Shown here one piece after another: positions 9,193 through 18,470 of a stretch of 64,000 nucleotides of DNA. The notes under the pieces are model-generated. The model was not told where the DNA came from and searched no databases. It saw only the letters and a program-made list of their open reading frames with translations. Source of the DNA: Chloroflexota bacterium (lineage in GTDB: Bacteria; Chloroflexota; Dehalococcoidia; UBA2979); contig JAQCIU010000008.1 of NCBI GenBank assembly GCA_027593235.1, positions 32,001-96,000 on the forward strand, given 5' to 3'. The position numbers and the translations under genes are program-made. Every line of letters starts with the position of its first letter. The stretch's first letter is position 1.

Positions 9193-9257
9193 TGCGTTCA
9201 GTGGTGCTGCGTTTAGTGGCGTCGGGTTCGACCACGACCGCACTCGGCCGGGGCCCA

Positions 9258-9295
9258 GCTAGCTGGTGAAAGAGACCGCTAGCTGGTGAAAGAGA
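9258..9295. repeat. 18-bp tandem direct repeat next to the tRNA-Arg 3' end
   Basis: GCTAGCTGGTGAAAGAGA at 9258-9275 and 9278-9295. Confidence 0.85.
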
Positions 9296-9296
9296 G

Positions 9297-9372
9297 TGGT
9301 ACGCCGGGAAGGATTTGAACCCTCGACCCTCAGATCCGAAGTCTGATGCTCTATCCCCTGAGCTACCGGCGC
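9297..9372 (-). tRNA. tRNA-Arg(TCG)
   Basis: GCGCCGGTAGCTCAGGGGATAGAGCA-TCAGA-CTTCGGA-TCTGA-GGGTCGAGGGTTCAAATCCTTCCCGGCGTACCA; cloverleaf with encoded CCA. Confidence 0.95.
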
Positions 9373-9497
9373 ACGTTGAACGAACCGGGATCGGTCACAC
9401 GACCGAACTACCCCGCGCGATCACAGAAGAGGCTACGGGGGCGACGCCGGTCGCGCGAGCGCCCCGCCGACGTCGGCGTGTCGAGGACCAACCGGAT

Positions 9498-9998
9498 CTA
9501 TTGAGCGGGAGCGTCGGACGTCCGGCGCGTTGCGCGCAGGATCGCAGTGACCAGCAGGCCAATCACGGCGCCGCCGCCGAAGCCGAGGGCCGCCCCAAGG
9601 ATCAGCAGCGCGCCGAGCTGGACATCCAGCTCGATCAACGAGCCGACGGCAAACGTTCCGGCAGCTCCCAGGGCCATCCACGCGGCGCCGACCACGGCCG
9701 GCAACAGGGTGCCGATCGCGAGGCCTGGACCGATCGATCGCCCGCCGCGATTCAGGCGTCGGGCACCGACGACGGCCGAGGCGAGTGCGGGTGCCAGCCC
9801 GAAGCCAAACAGCGTGGCCATGACCAACGCCGCTTCGCCGGCGTCCAGAGTCTCGGTTCCCCCGCTGGCGAGTCCAAGCGCCGCGCCGAGCAGCGCGCCG
9901 ATTGGCGTCATGAAGATGCCGCGTCGGAGACCAACCCCAATCGCGACCCCGACGGTTCCGCCCTCGACGCTGCCGTGGGGTGGTGCCTGGGCGATCAC
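9498..9998 (-). CDS. Hypothetical membrane protein
   Basis: Several Gly/Ala-rich hydrophobic helices; overlaps the DUF192 stop codon. Confidence 0.6.
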   Translation of the reverse strand: MIAQAPPHGSVEGGTVGVAIGVGLRRGIFMTPIGALLGAALGLASGGTETLDAGEAALVMATLFGFGLAPALASAVVGARRLNRGGRSIGPGLAIGTLLPAVVGAAWMALGAAGTFAVGSLIELDVQLGALLILGAALGFGGGAVIGLLVTAILRATRRTSDAPAQ

Positions 9999-10342
9999 TC
10001 GTCGAAGTCCAGGCGATCGCCGGGTCGGAGCTTCGCGGCCGCCCCGCTGGGGAGTTCAATCACGCCAACCGCGGAGCCACCGCCCCAGGCCATACCGATC
10101 CACGGCCGAACGTTCAGTGCGACGCGCGTGACCCGGTTCTCCTTGTCGAAGAACACGGCATCGATGGCGAAGCGCATGAACATCATGTGGATCGACTTGC
10201 AGGGCCTGATCACCAGGCCGCCGCCATCCTCGAGTCCACGGCGGCCCATCAGACCGCGGAAGCGGGTCCAGTGCGTGGAAGCCTCCTCCGCCTGACGCGC
10301 GAGAACTGTCTGCTCACTGTCATCGTGAATGCGAATCAGCAT
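9995..10342 (-). CDS. DUF192 family protein
   Basis: RFRGLMGR, PCKSIHMMFMRFAIDAVFFD, VIELPSG. Confidence 0.88.
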   Translation of the reverse strand: MLIRIHDDSEQTVLARQAEEASTHWTRFRGLMGRRGLEDGGGLVIRPCKSIHMMFMRFAIDAVFFDKENRVTRVALNVRPWIGMAWGGGSAVGVIELPSGAAAKLRPGDRLDFDE

Positions 10343-10812
10343 CTGCCTACCAGCTCCACGGCGAACACGATCTCGTCTGGATCGCACCGTATCGAGCAAT
10401 GACGGCCCTCGCGGTATCCGAGGCGTAAGAACTCGATCGGAAATCGCTCGTTCTGTTGATATCTCGGCGATTTCCGCTGTTCGCCTTGGCTGCACGACCG
10501 GTAACGTGGACGCGTCATCCGAGTGTCCGGACATGAGGTCCGGTGGCGAGGAATGGACTGAGGTCGCCAGGGAAGGGCGGCGAGGCTGAATCCTCGTCGC
10601 AGCGCGTCAACGACGCGCACGGCGGTCCGTTCCGATGGCGCGAGCGCACACGTCCCAATGGCGGGTTGGACGTGTACCCCGGCTGCTCCCGCAGCACGCC
10701 GGATGACTGGCCGCCACAGGTGAGAGCTTGTGGTTTACGGGATTGCCGTTCCATCGTTCTTCGGCCTTCGTGCCGCTGCTCGTTCTGTGCACCTGGCGAA
10801 GGTGAGCTGAAC

Positions 10813-12456
10813 GTGCTGGACCGCCCCGGATTCGGCGCACCGCGCCCCGGCGCAAGCTCGCTGGTCGGCGAGTACCGACAGGCGCTGGCCGCGCTGCGCG
10901 AGATCACGCAAGACTTCGAATCGCGGGTGCGCCGGCTGGAACGAAGCGTCCAGGGCGCCGAGGCGGCCACGGGGATCGCCGAGGGTGCCGCGGAGCTGGA
11001 GGTCAGGTGCCTCGGCTCCTTCGAGCTGCGGCTGAACGGTGAGCGCCTGGATCTGCCGGCCAGCGGACGACCACTGACGGTCCTCAAAGTATTGGCGGAC
11101 CGCGGCGGCCGCCCGACCCCTCGCGAGGTACTGGTCGAGGCACTGTGGCCGGGCATCGCGACGGACGCCGGGGCGAACCGGCTGCGGGTCGCGATTCACG
11201 CGCTGCGCAAGCACATCGAGGTCGACACTGACATCGTCAGTTTCGAGCAAGGCCACTACCTGCTGAACGCAACCTCGATCGAGATCGACGCGGAACGCTT
11301 CGAGGAGTTGGTGACAGCGGGCAGCGCGAGTGAGCGCGCCGGTCAAGCCGATGCTGCGCTGCAGTTGTATGAACAGGCCGCCGATCTCTACCGCGGCGAT
11401 TACTTCGAGGACGAGCCCTACGAGGACTGGCCGCTCCTCCGCCGTCAGCACCTCCGCGACCTCTATCTCAACCTGGTGGTCAAGCTGGCCGTGCTGGCGC
11501 TGGAACGCGGCGACTACGACGCGTGCATCATGCATTGCCACGAAATCGTGCGGCAGGACGATTGCAGCGAGGATGCCTACCGCCTGCTGATGCTGGCGCA
11601 TGGACTCCGCGGCAACCGCGCTCGCGCGCTCCGCTGGTACGACCTCTGCGTGAAGACGCTGGCCCGCGAGCTCAACGTCGAGCCCTCCGCGGCAACGCAG
11701 CAGCTCCGCACCGAGATCCTTAATGAGCCGCTGGATGACGGTCGTCGCTCGGTGCGACAGCGCCTCGGCCTCGGCATCTTCGCAGGCCTCGGCGCCGCGT
11801 TCACCGCGCTCTCCATGGAGAAGGCCGCGGTCGCCGCAGCGCTGCTGATCGTCAGCGTCGTCAGCGCCACCGCTGCCGGAACAGCCCTCGTCGCGCGCCA
11901 CGACCGGACCGGCGGAACGACCATCGCCGAAGAGCGAGCTGCCCGCCCGAGCGCCGTGGTTCACGGCGAGCTGGCAGCGTCCGCCACCGCGATTCTGCAT
12001 CCGCCGCTGACCTTCGATATCGACGTGCTGCTGGACGCAAAGCCCGGCGATCCCGCCCCCACCAGCTCGGAAGCCGATCCGGTCGCCGCCGCATCGCCGC
12101 TCGGTAGCGGCCCAGACGGGGATGTTGAGCCCGCGAAGGAACAGAAGGACAAGGGAAATCCGGCGAACCCCGGCGCTCAACACGAGCCCGGACCTCCCGA
12201 GGGCGCAGGACCGCCCGATAGCGCCGGCCCTCCCGAATGGGCAGGGCCCCAAGAGAACGCTGGACCGGCCGATGCGATCGTCTCCGCGATCCAGGAACTG
12301 GGAATCGGCGGCGTCGCGATGGGAACCCGCGGCAAGCGATCACGCTTCGCCAAGGCCTTGCTCGGTAGCTGCGCCGAAGACGTGGTGCGCCGGAGTAACG
12401 TTCCCGTCTTGATCGTCAAAGAGGGCACAGTCGCAGGTGTGCCCGAACCGAGCTGA
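10813..12456 (+). CDS. SARP/BTAD transcriptional regulator with TM segments, fused to a C-terminal USP fragment
   Basis: VRCLGSFEL, REVLVEALWP, IDAERFE, LYRGDYF, EDAYRLLM, LNVEPS; hydrophobic region; GPPxxA repeats; ends ADAIV...MGTRG...LLGSCAEDVVRRSNVPVLIV. Start estimated. Confidence 0.8.
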   Translation: MLDRPGFGAPRPGASSLVGEYRQALAALREITQDFESRVRRLERSVQGAEAATGIAEGAAELEVRCLGSFELRLNGERLDLPASGRPLTVLKVLADRGGRPTPREVLVEALWPGIATDAGANRLRVAIHALRKHIEVDTDIVSFEQGHYLLNATSIEIDAERFEELVTAGSASERAGQADAALQLYEQAADLYRGDYFEDEPYEDWPLLRRQHLRDLYLNLVVKLAVLALERGDYDACIMHCHEIVRQDDCSEDAYRLLMLAHGLRGNRARALRWYDLCVKTLARELNVEPSAATQQLRTEILNEPLDDGRRSVRQRLGLGIFAGLGAAFTALSMEKAAVAAALLIVSVVSATAAGTALVARHDRTGGTTIAEERAARPSAVVHGELAASATAILHPPLTFDIDVLLDAKPGDPAPTSSEADPVAAASPLGSGPDGDVEPAKEQKDKGNPANPGAQHEPGPPEGAGPPDSAGPPEWAGPQENAGPADAIVSAIQELGIGGVAMGTRGKRSRFAKALLGSCAEDVVRRSNVPVLIVKEGTVAGVPEPS

Positions 12457-12520
12457 ACCGAACTGAACTAACCACGAAAACCGGCGCCATCGATCTGGCG
12501 CCACCAATGGACGGAACGTC

Positions 12521-13025
12521 ATGCGGATTCTGATCGCCCTCACTGGCCACGACATCGACGAGGACATCGCTGCCGCGGCCGCGCGGATGTTCGGCGCGGC
12601 CGGTAACCAGATCATCGCCGTCCACGTCGCCCACCCGCGCGACGCGCGCTCGACTTATGAGCGACTCGAGTCCACGGACACCGCCGCCCGCGGCGCGGAC
12701 CTGAGCGCGATGACCAGCGACCGATCGCTCGCCGGCCCGACCGAGGGCGCCGAACAGGCGGTCGCCCGTCTCCAGTCAGAGTTCGCCGATCACGTCGAGC
12801 TGCTCACCTCGAAGTACCTCGCCGGGTTCGAGGTGGAGCGCCATCTGGTCGTCAACACCAGCGCCGCCGATGCGATCGTCGATGCGGTGAGCAGCTACTC
12901 GATCGACGCGGTCACGATGGGGAGCCGCGGCGTTGCTCGGCACCGAGACCGAGAGCGTGATCCGTCGCGTGATGGTCCCCGTTACCGTCGTAAAACAGGG
13001 TACGGTCGCAGCAACCAGCGACTGA
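12521..13025 (+). pseudogene. Universal stress protein with a frameshifting deletion near 12930
   Basis: MRILIAL...ADAIV...MGSRG, then a shifted frame reads ALLGTETESVIRRVMVPVTVVKQGTVAATSD to TGA 13023-13025. Confidence 0.8.
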
Positions 13026-13037
13026 CCGGAGCGCGCC

Positions 13038-13526
13038 GTGGACGACACCCCCGCCTCGCCACTCGTTGACGAGGCGGCTCGCACCGCGCTCCAACGCGCG
13101 ATGGCCCTGCATTCCGGCGGCGAGATCGACGCCGCGCTCGCAGCCGCCGAGGAATCAGTGGCGTTAGTCCCGGGCTACGCGGACGCCCACGCCTACCTGG
13201 GCAACACGCTGGTGACGCGCAAACGTCGCTTCCGCGATGGCCTGGCTGCGATGATGCGTGCGGCGGAACTGGCGCCCGGCGACGCGGCGATCCTCTATAC
13301 GGCGGGCTGGTGCCACGAATACGTGGCGAACGCGTTGGAGCGCCCGCGCGCGCGCCATCAGCAGGTCGAGGCCGACGCGCCCAGCCTCTACGCCACCGCA
13401 CACCAGTACTTCCGACGGGCCTTGGCCGCCAACCCGGACGCCCAGTTGAAGGGCGATATCGAGGACATGCTGGACGTGGTTGCAGCGGCGACAGGCGAAC
13501 CGTGGGAGGATGCGCCTGAGATTTGA
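13038..13526 (+). CDS. Tetratricopeptide repeat protein
   Basis: PGYADAHAYLG, APGDAAILYTAG, YFRRALAANP. Confidence 0.75.
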   Translation: MDDTPASPLVDEAARTALQRAMALHSGGEIDAALAAAEESVALVPGYADAHAYLGNTLVTRKRRFRDGLAAMMRAAELAPGDAAILYTAGWCHEYVANALERPRARHQQVEADAPSLYATAHQYFRRALAANPDAQLKGDIEDMLDVVAAATGEPWEDAPEI

Positions 13527-13537
13527 GAGACTAGGTC

Positions 13538-14353
13538 ATGCCTGAACTCACCTTCGAAGACGGTTTCTCGCTGCACTACGAGCTGCACGGCCCGCCGGCG
13601 GGCTCCGCTCCGGCAGTGATCCTTGCGCACGGCGCCGGCGGCAACGGCATGTCCTGGTGGCAGCAGGTCCCCGCGTTCGCGGATCGCTACACCGTGGTCA
13701 CGTTCGATCACCGCGCCTTCGGCCGCTCCCCGGATATCGAGGACGGCCCCGGTCGGATCGCCTTCGGTACGGACTTGCGAGGGCTCCTCGATCATCTCGG
13801 GCTCGATCGGGTCCACTTCGTCGCGCACTCGATGGGTGGTCGCACGGCATTCAGCATCGTCTCGCGCGAGCCGGAGCGAATCGCGTCGCTGACCTATTCC
13901 GGAACCAATGGCGGCTGCGTCGACGATCGGTACCGGGAACTGAAGCGACGCTTGGAAGAAGACGGAACGCTAGCCGGTTCGCTGCTCCAACGCGCACTGG
14001 CGGATGGTTACGCCGAGCGCGAACCCGCGATGCAGTACCTGTATCGCCGCATCCGCAGCATTAATCCGCCGCGCGCGCGCGACTTCCTCGCTCCGAGCGG
14101 GCGGATGATCAACTACCGCGGCTCAACCGCTCAGCGCTTACGCGACGGCGGCTGGCCGATCCTCTGGATCGTCGGTGAACACGATCGGGTGATCGCGGCG
14201 GATCTGATCCGCATCTCGCACGGTCTGACGCCAGGCTCGCAGCTCGAGGTCGTCCCCGAGGCCGGGCACTCCGCCTACTTCGAGCAGCCGGATCGCTGGA
14301 ACAGCGCGGTGCGCGGTTTCGTCGATTCCGTCGAGGCCAGCGCCGCCGGCTGA
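13538..14353 (+). CDS. Alpha/beta hydrolase
   Basis: LAHGAGG, FDHRAFGRS, nucleophile AHSMGG, GEHD, AGHSAYFEQP. Confidence 0.93.
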   Translation: MPELTFEDGFSLHYELHGPPAGSAPAVILAHGAGGNGMSWWQQVPAFADRYTVVTFDHRAFGRSPDIEDGPGRIAFGTDLRGLLDHLGLDRVHFVAHSMGGRTAFSIVSREPERIASLTYSGTNGGCVDDRYRELKRRLEEDGTLAGSLLQRALADGYAEREPAMQYLYRRIRSINPPRARDFLAPSGRMINYRGSTAQRLRDGGWPILWIVGEHDRVIAADLIRISHGLTPGSQLEVVPEAGHSAYFEQPDRWNSAVRGFVDSVEASAAG

Positions 14354-14364
14354 GGTCGCCCCGG

Positions 14365-15210
14365 TTAGCTGGCGAGCGCGGTCCGCTCGTCGCCCAGCAG
14401 CGACTCGACATGCACCAGGCGTTCGTCGATCGCCTGCACCTCGGCGCGGAATCGGGCCTCGATCAGTTCCCGCTGATCCCTCAGGCGCGCGCGTTCAGCG
14501 GCGAGCGCTCCAGCCAGGCCGGATTGCGAGGGCGGTGCCGCCGTCTCGACACGGGCCGGGCGGGTTTGTTCCTGTACACGCTCCATCACGGGTGGCTCCT
14601 CGGGTGCGCTGGGGCTGATTGTTGGCGGGCGCGGAATCAATGGGTGACTGGAGTTGGCTGCTTCGCGGTTGGACGCCGCGACATCCGCGGCGTCGTCGCT
14701 GGTCGTGGCAACCGGTGGTGCCTGCGCGATCATCTCGCGCGGGGTTGGCAGCGTGAGCGGTCGCAGCGGTTCAAGCGTCGCGGCTGACTCCTGCTCCGCG
14801 ACCAACTCGATCGGTGCAGTCTCGATCGGTACCGCCGCCACCACCGCTGGCGGCGGCGTCACGACCGTCGGCGGCGCGCGCTCGATCACCTCGCTTGGCT
14901 CGCGTGCGGCGACGGCGTCGGCCACCTCATCGTCGGCAGCATGCTCGTGGTCGTCGTCGGTCGGGTAGCCCGATTCGCCATCGGTTGGGAACAGTGGGCC
15001 AATGCCCATCAGCCGTTCCACCTCCTGCGCGCAACGCACGCAGTAGCGCTTGCCGTTTTCCAGCAGTGTCAGCTCGATGCCGCGGCGATGACAGCCCGCG
15101 CACTGCGGGGCAAGGTCGGGGGCGACGGTCGCGTGATCGTCCGGCTCCTCGGCGACCGCCGTCGCGCGGGCTTCGTCGAGTTCCGCCTCGATCACCTGTT
15201 CCTCGGACAT
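14365..15210 (-). CDS. Hypothetical protein with zinc ribbon, acidic/Pro-rich linker and C-terminal coiled coil
   Basis: CAGCH...YCVRC; C-terminal LAAERARLRDQRELIEARFRAEVQAIDERLVHVESLL. Confidence 0.7.
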   Translation of the reverse strand: MSEEQVIEAELDEARATAVAEEPDDHATVAPDLAPQCAGCHRRGIELTLLENGKRYCVRCAQEVERLMGIGPLFPTDGESGYPTDDDHEHAADDEVADAVAAREPSEVIERAPPTVVTPPPAVVAAVPIETAPIELVAEQESAATLEPLRPLTLPTPREMIAQAPPVATTSDDAADVAASNREAANSSHPLIPRPPTISPSAPEEPPVMERVQEQTRPARVETAAPPSQSGLAGALAAERARLRDQRELIEARFRAEVQAIDERLVHVESLLGDERTALAS

Positions 15211-15272
15211 CAGAGGACCAGCCGATCGCGACGATCGCGGGAGGTGAGGGGGGTGGTGGCCACGCTCTGTCC

Positions 15273-15365
15273 CTTCGGTAGGCCGGCTGCCCTGTCGATC
15301 CGCGTGGATCGAGGTAGGCCCGTGCCTTTGCGTCGCCGCTTTTCAGCGGGTTTGCCGTTTCGAGA
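15273..15365 (-). ncRNA. c-di-GMP-I (GEMM) riboswitch
   Basis: Minus strand reads ACGGCAAACCCGCTGAAAAGCGGCGACGCAAAGGCACGGGCCTACCTCGATC...GATCGACAGGGCAGCCGGCCTACCGAAG, with the GGCAAAC, GAAA tetraloop, GACGCAAAG and GCAGC..TACCG hallmarks. Confidence 0.88.
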
Positions 15366-15470
15366 ACCGGCGCCAGGGCCGGCCTGCCGTTCGTATCCGC
15401 GGAGCACGCGCACACGACAGGCGATACCCAATTATCGGTAGAGCGCCCCCCCGACTGAACGCACGCAGGA

Positions 15471-16457
15471 TCAGCGCTCTGAAACCTCGTTCTCCAGCGG
15501 TTCGTCGCGCAGCCAGTGCTGCAGATTCCGCAAGAAGTAGCCATCCAGTCGCCGGTGCGCCGCCGCCACCGACTCCGAGTTGTGCGGCGTCACGATCACG
15601 TTCGGCAGCGCCCAGAGCGGAGACACCACCGGCAACGGCTCCTCCTCGAACACATCGAGATACGCACCGCCGATCCGTCCGTCCGCCAGGCGCTCGATCA
15701 TCGAGGCCTCGTCGATGATCTGGCCGCGCGCAATATTGACGATCCGCGCGCCGGGCGGCAGGAGATCGAGCGCCGTCGCGTCGATCAGCCCGCGCGTCTG
15801 CGGCGTCAACGGCGCGGCCAGGATCAGCCAGTCGGCCCTCGGCAGCACCTCCGCCAGGCGCTCGGGCGGCACCAGCTCGTCGACCGGATCGTCCGCGCGG
15901 CGGGGACTGCGCCGCACCGCGATCACCTGGAGGTGGAGCGCCTGCGCCAACCGTGCGATCTCTGATCCGATCGCGCCGAGACCCACGATCACGGCCGTCT
16001 GACCACGCAGATCGGCCGGCTCGGCACCGTGCGGATGGCGCGACCACTCCCGCTCCCGCTGCGCCTCTGCCCAGCGCGGGAAGCCGCGCGCTAGCTGGAG
16101 AAGTCCGCCGATCGCGGACCAGGCGATCGGCTCCGCCATCGCCCCGGAGACATTGGTGAGCCGGACCCCGCCGGCAAGCAACCGTCCGAAGACATCGTCA
16201 TCAATGCCGACGTGGGGCAGATGCACCCACCGCAGGTTCGGCGCCCGCGTCGCGCTGCCGTAGAACCGCCGTGAGCCGCTCGGGTCCTCCTCGGGAATCG
16301 GCGGCGTCGCGATCTCGACGCGCTCGAGATCCGCGGCCGGGACCCGCTCCCCCGGTGCGGGGACGAAGACCGGCTCCACGCGCTCGCCGCCGTCCATCGC
16401 GGCGATCGCCCCGGCGTAGCGTTCGTATAGTTCAGGCGTGATCAGCAGCACCGACAT
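15471..16457 (-). CDS. D-2-hydroxyacid dehydrogenase family protein
   Basis: IVGLGAIG, PLTPQTRGLI, VNIARG, LDVFEEEPL, VTPH. Confidence 0.93.
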   Translation of the reverse strand: MSVLLITPELYERYAGAIAAMDGGERVEPVFVPAPGERVPAADLERVEIATPPIPEEDPSGSRRFYGSATRAPNLRWVHLPHVGIDDDVFGRLLAGGVRLTNVSGAMAEPIAWSAIGGLLQLARGFPRWAEAQREREWSRHPHGAEPADLRGQTAVIVGLGAIGSEIARLAQALHLQVIAVRRSPRRADDPVDELVPPERLAEVLPRADWLILAAPLTPQTRGLIDATALDLLPPGARIVNIARGQIIDEASMIERLADGRIGGAYLDVFEEEPLPVVSPLWALPNVIVTPHNSESVAAAHRRLDGYFLRNLQHWLRDEPLENEVSER

Positions 16458-16555
16458 CGCAACTCCGTGGTTCGCAGCCTGGGACTGACTCAGTCTACGG
16501 AGCGCGCAAACGCCCGCGTTGCTGCGCTACGCTGCACACCTGAACAGGGGGCGGG

Positions 16556-17401
16556 ATGACCACCGAGACCGTGATCGACGCGACCGATGCCACCTTCCAG
16601 GCGGAAGTCCTGGATCGCTCTCACCAGGTTCCGGTGGTGGTCGATTTCTGGGCCGAATGGTGCGGACCCTGCCGGGTGCTAGGTCCGGTGCTCGAACAGG
16701 TGGCGGCTGAGCTCGGTGACGCCGTTCAACTGGTAAAGCTCGACACCGACGCGAACCAGCGCGTCGCCGCGCAGTACGGCATCCGCAGCATTCCCGCGGT
16801 CAAGGCGTTCCGAGATGGTGTGATGGTCGACGAGTTCGTTGGCGCGCTACCCGAACCCGAGGTGCGCGCCTTCTTCGATCGCATCCGCCCGACGGAGGCC
16901 GACGCGCTCACCGCCGCCGGCGAAGCGGCGCTCGGCGCCGGCGATCTGGCTGCGGCGCAAGCCCAGTTCGAGGCGGCACTCGCGATCAATCACGCTCACG
17001 CCGATGCCACAATCGGACTCGCAATCGCCTCCGTCGAACAGGGGAACGTCGATCGCGCCGAGGAACTGGCGTTGCGCGTTCCCGCGCAGCCGCGCGCTGC
17101 ACGCGTGCTGGCGCGCGTCAATCTGCTGCGCGCGGCCGTCGGCATCGACCGTGCAGCACTCGAGGATCGACTCGCGGCGAACGAGGCGGACCTCGATGCG
17201 CACTACCAGCTCGGGGCGCACATGCTCGCGGTCGGCGAGTGGGAGCCCGGCTTCGAGCACCTGCTGGAGGTGCTGATCCGCGACCGCAAGTTCGCGGACG
17301 ATGGCGCCCGACGGCGCTTCATCGAGGGTCTCGATCTCCTCGGCGCGGCGCATCCGGTCGCCGTGGAGTACCTGCGAAGGCTGACGAACGTGCTCTTCTA
17401 G
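16556..17401 (+). CDS. Thioredoxin-TPR chaperedoxin (YbbN/CnoX family)
   Basis: VDFWAEWCGPC, IRSIPAV, C-terminal TPR ending DDGARRR...YLRRLTNVLF. Confidence 0.9.
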   Translation: MTTETVIDATDATFQAEVLDRSHQVPVVVDFWAEWCGPCRVLGPVLEQVAAELGDAVQLVKLDTDANQRVAAQYGIRSIPAVKAFRDGVMVDEFVGALPEPEVRAFFDRIRPTEADALTAAGEAALGAGDLAAAQAQFEAALAINHAHADATIGLAIASVEQGNVDRAEELALRVPAQPRAARVLARVNLLRAAVGIDRAALEDRLAANEADLDAHYQLGAHMLAVGEWEPGFEHLLEVLIRDRKFADDGARRRFIEGLDLLGAAHPVAVEYLRRLTNVLF

Positions 17402-18360
17402 CGACCCAGTACCGCGTCGATTGCCGAGGCGATCTCCTCGGCTTCCATGATGCCCTCGAACTTCGCGGCGACCGTGCCGTCCGGGTTCAGCACGAAGACG
17501 AACGGCTCGGCGAGTAGCCCCCACTCCTCGACAGTCGGCAGCGGGACGAGGCTTCCCTCCCGCGCCTGCTGGAGGTCGAACGGCTCCACGTGGATGAACT
17601 CAACGACATCCGCATACTCCGCCTGCACGGGGAGGATTACTTCGTCCATCACCGGACCGCAGAAGCGTGTCTGGCAGAACGCCGGCGTGACAAAGGCGAC
17701 GACCACGGGCTTCCCGGTGTCCAACGCCTCCGCGATCGTCAGCTCGTGCAATTCCGGGTGTGGCAGGGTGCTGGAATCGATCTCGCTCACATCGGCAACG
17801 TCGCGCAGCGTCAGTTGCTCGCTGCGCGGGACCGCCGCGCCAATCGCCGGTTCGCTGCTGGCCTCGACCCAGAACTCGGAGCGCATGCCCTCGTGCCGCT
17901 CACCATCGATCTCGGCGTCGACCTCCATGCCCCACCAGCCGACGGTGTCGAACTCCACATTCGCCACATAGACAGTCGATTCAACGCCGCTGTGGACGTG
18001 GACTGATCCGTCCGTGTGCACGTGATCGCCCTCGGCGCCGATCGTCCGCGGCGTGGCCACCTGCTCCGTGGTCAACTCCGCGACGCTCGGTTCGTCCTCG
18101 GGGCGTTCGGCCAGGCGATAGAACCGCACGGTCACTGTGGCGCCGGAGAGCAATGCGCCCTCGCTGGTCAGTGCAATCGAGACGCGGTTCGGTCCAAGAC
18201 CAAACGGCGAATTCGCGAGGATCGGGTAGTACGGGGCGCCCTCGTTGCTGCGGGCGACGCCCCGGGCGTCCCAGCCGCCCGCCTCGCTGCCACCGCAACT
18301 CACGAGGACTGCGAGCAGCCCGGCGAGCAGGAACGGCAGGGTGCGGCGTCGAATCAGCAT
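17398..18360 (-). CDS. Lipoprotein with thioredoxin-like C-terminal domain
   Basis: Lipobox LVSC, HVHTDGSVHVH, TPAFCQTRFCGP, FIHVE, EWGL. Confidence 0.75.
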   Translation of the reverse strand: MLIRRRTLPFLLAGLLAVLVSCGGSEAGGWDARGVARSNEGAPYYPILANSPFGLGPNRVSIALTSEGALLSGATVTVRFYRLAERPEDEPSVAELTTEQVATPRTIGAEGDHVHTDGSVHVHSGVESTVYVANVEFDTVGWWGMEVDAEIDGERHEGMRSEFWVEASSEPAIGAAVPRSEQLTLRDVADVSEIDSSTLPHPELHELTIAEALDTGKPVVVAFVTPAFCQTRFCGPVMDEVILPVQAEYADVVEFIHVEPFDLQQAREGSLVPLPTVEEWGLLAEPFVFVLNPDGTVAAKFEGIMEAEEIASAIDAVLGR

Positions 18361-18470
18361 GGCGCGCTCCTCGAGGGCCAGGCGACCGCCGGCACAGGGG
18401 GTGGGGTACGCAGAGGATTGACCCGATCGCAGGCAGGAACAAGTGACGGCGATCCCAGTTCCGGTGAGCG

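Noticed and set aside
10575-10620. GCTGAATCC resembling the start of a c-di-AMP (ydaO) riboswitch
   Set aside because: The downstream GGGGGA.CC, GGGGTGAA and CCCGTCAGCTAA elements are missing.
12443-12475. Short GAAC pentamer repeats at the end of the BTAD-USP ORF
   Set aside because: Too short and irregular, with no paired GTTC half-site to form a LexA box.
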